Source of the DNA: Mucisphaera calidilacus
Lineage (GTDB): Bacteria > Planctomycetota > Phycisphaerae > Phycisphaerales > Phycisphaeraceae
Direction: 5' to 3'
Assembly (NCBI RefSeq): GCF_007748075.1
Contig: NZ_CP036280.1
Location: 1,680,001 to 1,712,000, forward strand
Length of the DNA: 32,000 nucleotides
Shown piece by piece: positions 30,808-32,000 of the stretch; within the stretch, counting starts at the first letter, position 1, and every line of letters starts with the position of its first letter. The translations under genes were made by a program, and so were the position numbers. The notes below the pieces were generated by a model. That model worked only from the letters and a program-made list of their open reading frames with translations. It was not told the origin of the DNA and did not search any database.

Positions 30808-32000
30808 TCAGGCGTCACAGAGCTGTTCCTCCAGGCGATCCACACCCAGCTCGTTGCCGTTGCTCTCGATCACTCTGCCGTACCAGTGCGCGGAGAGTTT
30901 GGGCGTGCGTTTCAGCGTCTGGTAGTCGACGTGGATCATCCCGAATCGCTGGGAGTAACCTTCTGCCCACTCGAAGTTGTCCATCAGCGACCAGTGGAAG
31001 TAGCCGCGGATGTCGACGCCATCGCTGGCGGCGTCGCGGAGGCGTGTCAGGTAGCGTGAGGCGAGGTCGATCCGGTGGTAGTCGTAGACTCTGCCATCGG
31101 AGGCGACCCAGTCGTGGCCGGACATGCCGTTCTCGGTGATGACGATGGGCAGCTTGTACCGTTCCTGGAGGAAATAGGGCCCCCAGTAGAGGCAGTCGGG
31201 CTCGAGCGGCCAGCCGATGAGGGTGTGGGGGGAACCTGCGGGACGCTTGTAGTGGAGATCGATCTCGGGTGTGCCGTTGGCGGGCGCTCCGGTGTAGATG
31301 TTCGCTCCGTAGAAATCCAGGGGCTGGTTGATGACCTTGAGGTCGGCGGGATCGAAGTTCGGCACATCCTCGGCGAAGAGACGCAGGCCGTCCTCGGGGT
31401 AGTGGCCGAGGATCACGGGGTCGGAGTACCAGGTGTTGCTCCAGTGTGTCTTCTCGGTGATGTCGAACATGAGGCTTCGAGCGTGGTCGATGTACTGGCG
31501 GTCGTTGTTGTGCGGGTAGCGCACGACACCCACCGGTGCCCAGCCGATCGTGGGGGTGTTGCGCGCGTGTTCGCGGATGGTGGATACGGCGCGTCCGTGG
31601 GCCATGAGCGCGTGGTGGGCGGCCAGCAGGACATCGGACCAGGGGAGCTTGCAGCCGGGGGCGTGCTGCCCGGTGTAGTGCCCCATGCCGATGAAGCACT
31701 GGGGTTCGTTCAGGGTCATCCAGTTGGTGACACGGTCCGAGAAGCGGTCGACGAGCAGGCGTGTGTAGGCCTCGAACCAGTCGGGTGACTCGCGGTTGAG
31801 CCAGCCGCCTCGGTTGTAGAGCGCGAGGGGGTAATCCCAGTGAAAGAGGGTCAACCAGGGCTGAACGTTCGCTTCGAGCAGGGCGTCGATCAGCCTGTCG
31901 TAGAAGGCCAGGCCGGCCTCATTGACCTTGCCGGTGCCCTCGGGGAGTACGCGTGACCAGGAGACCGAGAATCGGTAGCTGTTGATCCCGATCTGGCGCA
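30808..32000 (-). CDS. Glycoside hydrolase family 1 beta-glucosidase/beta-glycosidase; 5' end lies outside the window
   Basis: The frame stays open to the window edge. Upstream of the track start it translates as YRFSVSWSRVLPEGTGKVNEAGLAFYDRLIDALLEANVQPWLTLFHWDYP. The TLNEP acid/base block and the ITENG nucleophile block follow. The M at 31854 in the track is an internal TTG (Leu). Confidence 0.9.
   Translation of the reverse strand, partial: RQIGINSYRFSVSWSRVLPEGTGKVNEAGLAFYDRLIDALLEANVQPWLTLFHWDYPLALYNRGGWLNRESPDWFEAYTRLLVDRFSDRVTNWMTLNEPQCFIGMGHYTGQHAPGCKLPWSDVLLAAHHALMAHGRAVSTIREHARNTPTIGWAPVGVVRYPHNNDRQYIDHARSLMFDITEKTHWSNTWYSDPVILGHYPEDGLRLFAEDVPNFDPADLKVINQPLDFYGANIYTGAPANGTPEIDLHYKRPAGSPHTLIGWPLEPDCLYWGPYFLQERYKLPIVITENGMSGHDWVASDGRVYDYHRIDLASRYLTRLRDAASDGVDIRGYFHWSLMDNFEWAEGYSQRFGMIHVDYQTLKRTPKLSAHWYGRVIESNGNELGVDRLEEQLCDA

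Noticed and set aside
1-32000. Mobile element, prophage or defence-island signatures
   Set aside because: I recognised no integrase, transposase, restriction, toxin-antitoxin or cas-like product in any frame. I also saw no terminal repeats or tRNA-adjacent junctions. The repeated dockerin/PEP-CTERM sequences are in-frame protein modules, not insertion-sequence ends.

Overview
High-GC window, almost entirely coding, with no rRNA, tRNA, CRISPR array or mobile element that I can see. It reads as a carbohydrate-utilisation island of a Planctomycetota-type genome, possibly Phycisphaerae. That assignment is inferred from a DUF1559 prepilin-type protein, three dockerin plus PEP-CTERM tails and several sulfatases. 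Positions 19783 down to 1 hold 14 co-directional minus-strand genes with short spacers or 4-nt ATGA overlaps. In order they are: a LacI-family repressor; a PEP-CTERM/dockerin surface protein of unknown function; a DUF1559 pseudopilin; a cytoplasmic beta-helix protein; GH130; a GH29 alpha-L-fucosidase; a Cys-type sulfatase; a second GH130; a secreted beta-helix/dockerin/PEP-CTERM protein; a TPR-like protein; a large solute-binding protein; two ABC permeases, one with a long hydrophobic insertion; and a second secreted beta-helix paralog that is not in the ORF track because it runs off the window. A 530-bp, visibly more A/T-rich gap (19784-20314) carries a sigma70-like promoter with an overlapping inverted repeat, and a 10-bp-phased CCCCA/TGGGG array. 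The right part holds a GH51-like lipoprotein divergent from a second sulfatase, a sulfatase-DUF2264 pair divergent from a cyanophycinase-like S51 peptidase fused to two dockerin pairs and a PEP-CTERM signal, and then araA, araD and a 5'-truncated GH1 beta-glucosidase. The most interesting hypothesis is a SusC/D-free glycan capture and import system: exosortase-anchored dockerin proteins, an operon-embedded pseudopilin and an ABC importer feed a cytoplasmic desulfation, defucosylation and beta-mannoside-cleaving enzyme set. Many long ORFs in the track are antisense or out-of-frame shadows typical of high-GC DNA and were rejected. All family assignments come from motif recognition by eye and need HMM or BLAST confirmation.
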